The notes below the pieces were generated by a model. That model had not been told where the DNA came from, made no database searches, and saw only the letters and a list, made by a program, of their open reading frames with translations. A stretch of DNA of 20,000 bases from Chiloscyllium plagiosum. Taxonomy: Eukaryota. Of the stretch, positions 11,266 through 20,000 are shown piece after piece. Each line of letters starts with the position of its first letter. Positions within the stretch are counted from its first letter, which is position 1. The position numbers and the translations under genes are program-made. Location: positions 70,895,149 through 70,915,148 of the forward strand of contig NC_057719.1 in assembly GCF_004010195.1 (NCBI RefSeq), in the 5' to 3' direction.

Positions 11266-11395
11266 TTAAAAACCTGATGAAGGAGCGGCGCTCCGAAAGC
11301 TAGTGTGCTTCCAATTCAACCTATTGGAATATAACCTGGTGTTGTGTGATTTTTAACTTTGTACACCCCAGTCCAACACCGGCATCTCCAAATCA
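11266..11395 (+). mobile_element. Short Penelope-like-element terminal (pLTR) fragment with target-site duplication
   Basis: CCTGATGAAGGAGCGGCGCTCCGAAAGCTAGTG...ATAACCTGGTGTTGTGTGATTTTTAACTTTGTACACCCCAGTCCAACACCGGCATCTCCAAATCA resembles an abundant shark repeat terminus. It is flanked by TAAGATGCAAGT (11254-11265) and TACGATGCAAGT (11396-11407), 11/12 identical. CpGs are retained, suggesting a young insertion. Confidence 0.8.
11272..11305 (+). ncRNA. Minimal type I hammerhead ribozyme motif (stem I truncated)
   Basis: Core CUGAUGA (11274-11280), extra A, stem II GGAGC/GCUCC with GGC loop (11282-11294), GAAA (11295-11298), palindromic AGCU mini stem III, and predicted cleavage after CUA (11302). 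Only 2 bp of stem I remain (AC/GU). Confidence 0.7.
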
Positions 11396-11589
11396 TACGA
11401 TGCAAGTAATTGCATAGCAGGCACAAAACACATGGAAAGAATGAGATGCTGTGATGGAGTAATATATAGTTTGAAAAAGATAGTTGTAGTCAATGGGCTG
11501 GAATTCATTTTTGTTGAGGCATATATGTATCGTGTTGCTGACTCGGTTGAATCAAGCAAGTTACTGTCTTTCAAATCAGTGGTCTGTGA

Positions 11590-11807
11590 GGATGCTGGTT
11601 AGCTCATTTGACTTGATGGCTGTCTTACAATGCAGGAGTGGCACCAACAGTGTGGGTTCCATTCCAGGGTGCTGTGAAGAACTCTCCTTCTCAAACCTGT
11701 CCACTCACCTGAGGTATGGTGACTCTCAGATTAAACTGTCATAAATTGTTTCTCTCTAATAAGAGAGCAGCCCTGTGGCCTGGTAGGAGTATGGTGACAT
11801 AACCTTT
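11590..11807 (+). mobile_element. tRNA-derived SINE (shark family, name uncertain)
   Basis: A-box-like TAGCTCATTTG (11600-11610) and B-box-like GGTTCCATTCC (11655-11665), followed by a body with the TCTCTCT-AATA-AGAGAG hairpin and a TATGGTGAC end resembling recurrent shark SINE bodies. Confidence 0.7.
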
Positions 11808-12280
11808 TGTGTATGCAAGGGTTATCCACTTATAGAAAGTTTTATGGTTCATCTGTGCTTCATTGAAAATAATTGTGTATCATATTTTGGAATTTGCTGT
11901 GATAAGATGGAGCAGCACGTGCAGCATGTAACCATAGTGAAAAGACAGCTCATAAAGTGAGAGCAGCAGGTCAATTCCTATCATGTGATAAGAAAATAAT
12001 GATCAGTGGCTGAAGTATGGAAAGTAATAGCAGACCCTGGGGAATAAATCTTTGTCAATGCACATATTATTTTCTGTAGTGGTTAAAGCTAACAGTCTTG
12101 TTGAATGTAACAGTTCTACTGAAAACATAGCAGGCTGTTTAATTTCCTCTGTGTATCATTTAAAACAAAATGCTTTCATTAGCTTTCTCCAACTTGGGCA
12201 AATAATTTCCCATTTGATGCAGCTGTTAAACAAGAAAATAATGCACAAAAGAACCAGTTACTCAGTTCACTGAAAACAAT

Positions 12281-12703
12281 GAAAGAAAGTTGCAACAAAA
12301 TAGGCCGTTCACAATTAGAAGGATTCTCAAAGCTCTTTATAGACAATAAAGTACTTTTGAAATGTAATCTGTGTTGAAATGTAAGAAACATGGCAGCACA
12401 CAGCAAGGTCTCACAAATAACCGTGTGGTAATGATCTGTTTTAGCAATACAGGTTAAGGGATAAATATTAACCAGGGCACTGGGGATAACTCCCATGATC
12501 TTATTTGAAAAAATGCCATCTTTACATCTATTACATCCACCTAAGAAGTTGGAAAGGGTTTCTCTTTAACATCTTCTCTGAAAGACGGCTTTCTTATCAG
12601 TGTAGCCTTGGACTGTCAGTGTAGATTTCATGCTATGTCTCTAGAATAGGAGTTGAACTCACAGTCTTCTGACTCAGGAGTGCAACTACAGAGTCAAAGC
12701 TGA
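12281..12703 (-). mobile_element. DeuSINE (SacSINE1/AmnSINE1-like) SINE
   Basis: The minus-strand head is tRNA-like (GAGTCAGAAGACTGTGAGTTCAACTCC). Deu-domain-like segments on the plus text include CTGAAAGACGGC, GGATAAATATTAACCAGGGCAC and GTACTTTTGAAATGTA, with an L2-type tail near 12281-12340. Confidence 0.8.
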
Positions 12704-12947
12704 AGCAAATGTTAAGTCAGAGGAAAAACATGGAAGATAACTGCTAAAATTTGCAAAATTAGCAATTATGTCCAAAGGGAAGAGGAGTGAAATGCAAGAC
12801 ATTGAAAAGGAATGACGTGGATTCCTCGGTCAGCTGGTTCTTCCAAAAACTTGGCAATGCATTGAAGTATGCTGTTACTGTGGTGAAAGAATTCTAATTA
12901 TTATGGATAGTACAGTGGAATGACAAATTATTCTATAACATTGGGTT

Positions 12948-13154
12948 CATATGAATTAGGAGCAAAGGTAGGCTATTTGGCCTTTCAACCTTTCCCTTCC
13001 ATTCAGTAAGATCTTGGCTGATTTGTTTGCGTTCTGAACTCCATGTTCCCACCTATCCTGAATGAACATTGATTCTCTTGCCTGTCAAGAAATTAGCAAT
13101 CTCCACTCTAAAAACATTGAATGAGCCCACCTCCACCATCTTCTGTGGTAGAGG
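12948..13154 (-). mobile_element. CR1 LINE 3' end, element Z, left piece (outermost in the nest)
   Basis: CATATGAATTAGGAGCAAAGGTAGGCTATTTGGCC...CCATTCAGTAAGATCTTGGCTGAT...CCTCCACCATCTTCTGTGGTAGAG is a typical reverse-oriented shark CR1 tail. Confidence 0.8.
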
Positions 13155-13155
13155 T

Positions 13156-13440
13156 ACAAAATAGAAACTCAAAACTAGAAATCTGTGAGGCACTGTGCAC
13201 TGTCAACAGCTGCAGTATTGTACCAAAACACACCACAGCCCAGCATCTCTCTCAATCAACATTACCATCAAGCCAGGGGATCAACCCTGGTTCAAACCAC
13301 AGTGCAAGAGAGCATGCAAGGAGTGGTAGCACGCAAACCTTAAAGTCCCGTTTCAACCTGTGTATCAAAAAGCATAAGAAGGAAATACTGAACAGAGCTA
13401 AGTGATCTGCAACCAATGAAGCTGATCAAGGCTTTGCCAG
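13156..13440 (+). mobile_element. CR1-group LINE element A, left piece (ORF2 tether region, decayed)
   Basis: ATTACCATCAAGCCAGGGGATCAACCCTGGTTC from 13261 translates ITIKPGDQPWF, the PW motif of the endonuclease-RT tether. Confidence 0.75.
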
Positions 13441-13444
13441 AACT

Positions 13445-13930
13445 AATCATGAGTGTTGGTGAACTGGGCAGGTAGGTGGAAGATGAAGTTCAATGTGAAG
13501 GTGTGAGGTGATGCATTTTGCCGGGAAGAACATGGACAGATGATATAAAATGGTGCATATAACAGCTAAGGAATTGCTTATACTGTGCGTAGATCTCTGA
13601 AAGTGGCAGGACAAGTGGAGATGACAGTTAATAAAGCGCATAATGTCCTGTGTTTTATTAATAGAGGCAGATGGCAAAACAGTGAGGAGATTATATTGAA
13701 CTAAGACACGTATTAGACCTCAAATAATTATTGTGCACAGTGCTGGGTGGCACTCCATTAAGATGTGAACAGATTGGAAAGTGTGCAGAAGAGATTTATA
13801 AAAATGGTTCCAGGAATGAGCCACTTCTGTTCTGAGGATATATTGAAGAGATTGAAAGTGTCCTCTTTGGAGGAGGAAGGCTAGGAGGAAATCTGATAGA
13901 TGTTTTCTGACTTATTAGACACCTGGTGGG
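13445..13930 (+). mobile_element. CR1 LINE element B, left piece (ORF2 C-terminal, decayed)
   Basis: Encodes WAGRWKMKFNV, VMHF, LESVQKRFIKMVPGM and RLGGNLIDVF, which are CR1 post-RT motifs, with frameshifts. Confidence 0.85.
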
Positions 13931-13939
13931 ATCTCTAAA

Positions 13940-16900
13940 ATATGAGACCATGAGATAAAACACAGAATGAATCCATTCAGCCCACTGAGTCTGCTCTGCC
14001 ATTTGATCATGGCTGATACATTTCTTAACCCCATTCTCCTGCCTTCTCCAGTAACCTTAGATCCCCCTACTGATCAAGAACCTAGCTATCTCTGTCTTAA
14101 ACCCACTCAATGACTTGGCTTTCACAGCTTTCTGCAGCAATGAGTTCCACAGATTCACCACCCTCTGGCTGAAGAAATTCCTCCTCATTTCAGTTCTAAA
14201 GTATTTCCCTTCACTCTGAGGCTGTGCCCTTGAGTCCTACCAGTGGAAATATCTTTTCCACATCCACTTTATCCTAGCCTCTCAGTATTCAGTATACAGA
14301 TGCAGAATCCTCAATTGCTCCTCACATACGAAGCACTTCATCCTCTGTTAGCATTCTTGTATACCTCCTCTTGACCCTCTCAAAGGCTAGCACATCCTAC
14401 TTTAGATACAGGGCCCAAAACATTCCAAATTGACCAGAACTTATACAGCCTCAGCTGTACATCTTTGCTCCTGTAATCTAGCCCCCTCAAATTGCATGTT
14501 AACATTGCATTTGCCTTCCTAACTGCCAACTGAATCTGCATGGTAATCTTAAGAGATTCCTGAACTAGGACTCCTAAGTGTTTTTATGCTTCAGATTTCA
14601 AAAGCCTTTCCACATTTAGAAAATAAGAATTCTAACAAATTTTCAAAGAATTCTAACAGATTTGTCAAGGATGACCACCCCTTAATCAATCCAAGCAAAC
14701 ATAACCCTTTTTTTGTTCCATGCATTACTAAGTCCTGCACAATCTCATCCTTAGTAATGGATTTTAAAATCTGACCAACGACCGAGGTCAAACTAATGAG
14801 CTGATGATTTCCCGCCTTCTGCCTCCCTCCCTTCTTAAACAGGGGTGTCATATTAGCCATTTTCCAGTTCTCTGGCGTCTTCCCTGACTCCAGACATTCC
14901 TGAAAGATCACTATCAATATGTCCACAATGTCGTCAGCTATCTCCTTCAGAACTCTGGGGTGTAGTCCATCCAATCAGGGTGATTTATCCACCTTCAGAC
15001 TTTTCCCGGCATCTTCTCCTTAGTGATCCACTAAGCACTCTTCTGCCCCTTGACTTTCTTAAAGTTCTGGTATGTTGCTGGTGTCTTACACCATGAAGAC
15101 TGATGCAAAGTATCAATTCAGTTTCTCTGCCATTTCTTTGTTCTCTATTACTACTTCTTCAGAATCATTTTCCAGCAGTCCAATGTCTACTGTTGCATCT
15201 CTCTTACCATTTGTATTTATACAAAAATCTCTTGTGATCTTCTTTTGTATTGCTAGCTGGCTTTACCTTACATTATATCTTCTCCCCCATACCTTATTGC
15301 TTTTTTAGTTGCCTTCTGCTGGTCTTTAAAGGCTTCCTAATTCTTTGGCTTCCACATTTTTGGCTTCCCACTATTGTATGCATTTTCTTTTATGCTATTC
15401 CTAACTTCCACTGTCTGTCATGGTTGCCTCATCCTCCCCTTTGTATATTTCATCTCCCTTGTGATGAATTTCTGCTCTGCCTCTTGAATTACCCCCAGAA
15501 CCTCCTGCTATTGCTGTTCCACCACCTTCCCTGCTACACCCCCCTTCCAATCAACTCCAGCCAGTTCCTTCCTCATCCACCTTAACTCAATTGTAATACT
15601 GTTACAGCTGATTCCAGCTTCTCCCTCTCAAACAGCAGGGTGAATTCTGTCATATTTATCGTCACTGCTCCCTAGAGGTTCCTTCACCCTCAGCTCTGTA
15701 ATTAAGTCAGTCTCATGATGCACCACCAAATCCAGAATTGGTCTGTTCACTAGTGGGCTCAACCACAAGCTGCTCCAAAAAAATTGTCTTAGACATTCCA
15801 CAAATTCCTTTTCTTGGGATCTGCTACAAACCTGATTTTCCCAGTCTACCTGCTTATTGAAGTTTCCTTTGATTATTGTGATGTTTTTACATGTCTTTTC
15901 CATCTCTTAATTAATTTTCTGCCTCACTTACTGACTACTATTAGGAGACCTGTACACAACTCCCATTTACCCACTGATGTTCTTTAACTCACATGGATTT
16001 TATGCATTCCAACCCGATAATGTTTCCTGAAGTTACGAACAAGGCAATACCACCCTCTTTGCCTGTCTTTTTCATAAGACAGATCCATAATTCCCTTGGA
16101 GCCATGTCTTGGTGATACCCAAAACACCATACTTGCCAATTTAAATCTACGCTACAAGCTCATTTACGTTGTTTTGAATACTGTGGGCATTCAAGTACAA
16201 CACCTCAGTTCTATGTTGACTGCGCCACTTCTCAAAATTGTCCCCTAACCTGCTGCCTGAAATTAGGTTCCTGATCCTTTCCATACTCTCTATTACTTGT
16301 TCTGGAAACATTAATAAATCCTCCTGAGACTTCCTCCCTGTTAGCTTTTTCAGTGCAAGTGAACTGTTAGGCAAACGTGAGGGCTGAGGCTCCTTCAGCA
16401 CTACCTCCTGGATCACTCTACTCTCACTCATAGTTACACCCTCCTATCCCCAACCATGGACTGAATTTGAGGTGTGACTGCTCCTTGAAACACAATATCC
16501 AGGTAACTCTCCCCCTTCCTGATGTGTTACATTGTTCGAAGGTCAGACTGCAGCTCATCAACTCTGAGCTGGATTCCCTCAAGCAACCAACCCTTGTTAT
16601 AGATGTTGTCACTGTGAACTACAATGAGGTCCACCCGCTCCCACAGCATGCAGGTACAACACATCACAAGATTCTGTATTCTATTTTAATTTAATTCTTC
16701 TTGAATTGTTTTCTTTTAATTTTGTAGTGGTCTTTTAGACTATAGCCTGTGAATATTTCTCCTATGTGTCTTCAATAGGAACTTAACCTACAATAGATAG
16801 TCAAATTAGCAGCTATTTAACCTGTTAAAAAAAACCTTACAAAGTATAGGCCAAACAAGGGGGGCAGCATGGTGGCTCGGTAGTTAGCAATACCCCCTCA

Positions 16901-17250
16901 CAGTGCCAGGGACCTGCATTTGATTCCTGCCTCCAGTGACTGTGTGGAGTTTGTACAATCACATTGAGTCTGCATGGGTTTCCTCCCACAGTCCAAAGGT
17001 GTGCAGGCTAGGTGGATTAGCCATGGAAACTGCACAGTTACTGGCATGGGTCTAGGTGGGAAGCTCTTCGGAAAGTCGGTGTTGACTTGATGGGCTAAAT
17101 GCCCTGCATTATGCTAGAAGGGTTCTATTTTTCTAAATAAAAGCAACCATAAAAACACCTTTTTCCCTCTACACTAAATTTCCATTTGCCTTCAAAGTCC
17201 TTAACTATATAGTCACTTGGGCTGTGTCTCACTCTAGATACGACCTCTCC
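13940..17250 (-). mobile_element. Near end-to-end, internally deleted CR1 LINE element C (5'UTR, ORF1 N-terminus, ORF2 endonuclease and partial RT, 3' tail)
   Basis: Minus strand from about 16667 reads VMCCTCMLWE...LRVDELQSDL...ESYLDIVFQGAVTP (ORF1 Zn-finger/coiled coil). Endonuclease motifs are VLYLNAHSIQN, KGNFN and ILDLV...SDD (ORFs 16147-16431 and 15628-15903). The RT N-terminus is DGLHPRVLKE...WKMANMTPLFKKG...ISLTSVV...SLTNLLEFFE (14591-14974). The tail starts near 13940. The 5' end position is approximate. Confidence 0.9.
16859..17128 (+). mobile_element. HE1-like tRNA-derived SINE inserted in the 5' region of CR1 element C
   Basis: GGCAGCATGGTGGCTCGGTAGTTAGC head; TGTGTGGAGTTTG...TCCTCCCACAGTCCAAAGGTGTGCAGG core; GATGGGCTAAATG...GGGTTCTATT tail. 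Same family as 9631-9893 but more diverged. Confidence 0.88.
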
Positions 17251-17273
17251 TTCATAACCATGTAAAACTTACT

Positions 17274-17589
17274 GATAGTTAATGGGGAGAAACTGTTCCA
17301 ATTCATGAAAATATTGAGGATGATAGGACAGCAGTTTAAAGTGATTTGCAAACATAACAAATGTGCTATGAGGAAAAGCATTTTCACAAGAGTGTTTCGG
17401 GTTTGGAATGCACGACCTGGGAGTTTGGCAGAATCAATGACAGCATTCAACAAGATATTGTTTCTATGTGAATAATTATTCAACGTGCAAGGCACATGGA
17501 ACTAAACCATAAAGCTTGTGAAGAGCTGATGCAAACAAAAGGAGCTGAATTGCACTGTATTTGTGCTGGAACAATTCTATGATTCTGTG
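17274..17589 (+). mobile_element. CR1 LINE element B, right piece and 3' tail
   Basis: Reads VNGEKLFQ...QQFKVICK...RKSIFT...VWNA, continuing from where 13930 stops. It ends in the CR1 octamer tail ATTCTATG ATTCTGTG (17574-17589). Confidence 0.8.
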
Positions 17590-19020
17590 ATATCACAAAA
17601 CAGCTGAAGGACCTGAACACTGCAAAGGCTCTGTGTTCCAGAACTAGCCATGCACCAAACCAAGCTGTTCCAATACATCTACAACACTGGTATCTACCTG
17701 GCAATGTGGAAATTTGCTCAGATATGGCTGTACACAATAAGCAGGACAAATCTATCCTGGTCAATTACCGCACTATCATTCTACTTTTGATGATCAATAA
17801 AATGATGCAAGGGTCATGAATAGTGCTGTCAAACAGCATTTGTGAAGCAAAACCTACCCACTGATGCTTAATTTGGATTCTGTCAGGGCTACTCAGCTCC
17901 TGACCTTATTACAGCCTTGGTACAATCATGGACAAAAGAGCTGAATTCCAGAGGTGAGCTCAGAGCCCCAGCCCTTGACATCATGGCTGCATTTGGCTGA
18001 GTGTGGCATTAAGGAGCAAAACGGGAGTCAATGGGAATCAGAGAAAACTCTCTTTTGGTTGAAGTAATATCTGGCACAAAGTAAGATGGTCGTGGTTGTT
18101 GGGGGTCAGTCATCTCAGCACCAGAATGTCTCTGCAGGAATTCCTTATGGCACTGCCCTAGGCCCAACTACCTTCTTCACAAGGTCAGAGTTTTGATGAT
18201 GACTGCAAAACATTCAATAGCATTCATGATGCCTTTGAAACTGGAGCAGTCATGTCCAAGTACAGAAGACTTGGACAATATCCAAGTTTGAGCTGACAAG
18301 TGGCAAGTAACGTTCATGGCACACAAGTGACCAGGCAATGAACATCCTTAACAATTGCCTTTTGACATTCGATGACATTACCATCAATAAATGCCCCATT
18401 GCCAACATCCCAGGGAGTATCGTGACCATAAACTTAACTTGACTTGCCTTGTAAATACAATGGCTACAAGAATAGGTCAGAGGCTAGAAATTCTGCAGCA
18501 AGTAACTCATCTAAGTCTGTTCATCAGTCAAGGCACAAGTCAGGAGTATAATGGAAAACTCTCCAGTTGCTTGGATGGGTGCAGGTCCAACAACTCTTAG
18601 AAAAGTCCACTTCACCCAAGACAAGGCAGACTGCTTGATTTTCAAACATTCAATCTCTCCATCACCAATGCTCCATAGTTATAGTGTATACTATCTATAA
18701 GATACACTGCAGAAATTCACTAGGCTCCATATTACCTGCCAAACCCACAAACATCTAGAAGGACAAGAGCAGCTGATGCATAGCACTATCACCAGCTGCA
18801 AATTCTCCTCCAAACGTCTCACTATCCAGACTTAGAAATATATTGCCTTACCTTCAGTGTTACTGGGTCAAAATCCTGGAACACCCGCTCTAATAGTATC
18901 TTGTGTGCACTTACAATAAATTGACTACAATAATTTAAGAAGGTAGCTCACCACCACTTTCTCAAGGGTGATTAAGGGTGGACAATAAGTTATAGCCCAG
19001 CTAAAGAAGGCCATATCAAA
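17590..19020 (+). mobile_element. CR1-group LINE element A, right piece (RT domain to 3' end, decayed)
   Basis: Encodes KLFQYIYNTGIYLAMWK, KQDKS..VNYRTI, a GF...SAPDL segment, ALDI and FDDDC (degenerate FADD near 18192-18206), and WADKWQVTF-like. The 3' end has GGACAATAAG near 18980. Confidence 0.85.
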
Positions 19021-19042
19021 TGTAAAATTAAGTCACACAACA

Positions 19043-19449
19043 CTGGGGCTATTTTCCCTGGAGCGCAGAGGCTGAGGGGTGACCTTATAGACGTTTATAA
19101 AATCATGACGGGCATGGTAAATAGACAAGGTATTTTCCCTGGGGTGGGGGAGTCCAGAAGTAGAGGGCATAGATTTCAGGTGAGGGGGAAAGATTTAAAA
19201 GGAATGTAAGGGGCAACTTTTGCATGCAGAGGGTGATACATGTATGGAATGAGCTGCCGGAGGAAGTGGTGGAGGCTAATCCAATTACAACATTTGAAAG
19301 GCATCTGGATGGGTACGTGAATAGGAAGGGTTAGAGGGATATAGGCCAAATGCTGGCAAATGGGACGAGATTAATTTAGGAAATCTGGTCAGCAGGACAA
19401 GTTGGACTGAAGGGTCTGTTTCCGTGCTGTACATCTCTGTGACTCTATG
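19043..19449 (+). mobile_element. 5'-truncated CR1 (HER1-type) LINE element D, 3' end
   Basis: RLRGDLIDVYKIM...WNELPEEVVEA...FERHLDGY, then tail GGACTGAAGGGTCTGTTTCCGTGCTGTACATCTCTGTGACTCTATG. Relatively well preserved. Confidence 0.92.
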
Positions 19450-19527
19450 CCCTCTGAGAGGTTTTACCCTCATCTCTTAGGTAATCCTTAATTTGAAAAC
19501 ATCTGCTCCTTATTTTATCTTACTGAC
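19450..19527 (-). mobile_element. CR1 element Z, right piece (with a 12-bp remnant at 19030-19041)
   Basis: AAGTCACACAAC (19030-19041) plus CCTCTGAGAG...CCTCATCTCT...CCTTAATTTGAAAACA continues the consensus directly after TGTGGTAGAG at 13154. Confidence 0.6.
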
Positions 19528-19704
19528 TAGAACATAGAACATAGAACATAGAACATTACAGCGCAGTACAGGCCCTTCAGCCCTCGATGTTGCGCCGACC
19601 TGTCATACCAATCTGAAGCCCATCTAACCTACACTATTCCATGTACGTCCATATGCTTGACCAATGACGACTTAAATGCACTTAAAGTTGGTGAATCTAC
19701 AACC
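19528..19704 (-). mobile_element. Young CR1 LINE 3' end with (TAGAACA)4 tail
   Basis: Four perfect TAGAACA units (19528-19555), then TACAGCGCAGTACAGGCCCTTCAGCCCTCGATGTTGCGCCGACC with CpGs retained. Confidence 0.9.
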
Positions 19705-20000
19705 AATTGTTTTCTTTTTCACATACCTAAAAAAACTTTTACTATCCTCCTTTATATTTTTGGCCAGTTTGCCTTCATATCTCATTTTTTTTCTCCGTGT
19801 ATTGCCATTTTAGTAATCCTTTGTTGCACTTTAAACGTTTCCCAGTCCTCCAGTTTCCCGCTCACTTTGCAATGTTATGCTTCTTCTCTTTCATCTTTAT
19901 ACAGTCTTTAACTTCCCTCGTCAGCCACAGCCGCCCCTGCCTCCCCTTAGGATTTTTCTTCCTTTTTGGAATGAACTGATCCTGCATCTTCTGCATTATA
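19705..20000 (-). mobile_element. CR1 ORF2 tether-region fragment (continues beyond the window)
   Basis: Minus strand reads IMQKMQDQFIPKRKK...WLTREVKDCIK...EDWETFK...YEGKLAKNIKEDSKSFFRYVKKK. Confidence 0.88.

Noticed and set aside
14591..16612. Functional RT/endonuclease CDS
   Set aside because: Fragmented by stops, frameshifts and deletions, and catalytic motifs are mutated or missing.
19025..19045. AAGTCACACAACAC as a reverse copy of the Penelope-type terminus at 11338-11358
   Set aside because: It is better explained as the continuation of CR1 element Z, joining to CCTCTGAGAG at 19451.

Overview
This is AT-rich vertebrate non-coding DNA. The repeat families point to a cartilaginous fish, most likely a shark (inferred from HE1-like and Deu/SacSINE1-like SINEs and shark-type CR1 LINEs). 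I find no credible host protein-coding exon; the listed ORFs are simple-repeat artefacts, non-ATG ORFs or decayed LINE fragments. The window has three zones. (1) About 1-6710 is free of recognisable transposons and retains CpG. It contains a G-quadruplex motif, a GCGTAAA motif cluster, a TG-rich minisatellite and a CpG-dense E-box/GATA/ETS enhancer-like block, which suggests the unmethylated regulatory flank of a gene outside the window. (2) About 6.7-12.9 kb is CpG-depleted with scattered SINEs. It includes an LF-SINE-like relic with a perfect 15-bp inverted repeat and a 130-bp Penelope-type insert flanked by a target-site duplication (TSD) that carries a minimal hammerhead-ribozyme core. (3) About 12.9-20 kb is a multi-level nest of CR1-group LINEs and a SINE inserted into one another. 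Repeat family names come from recalled consensus similarity, not database searches, so boundaries are approximate.
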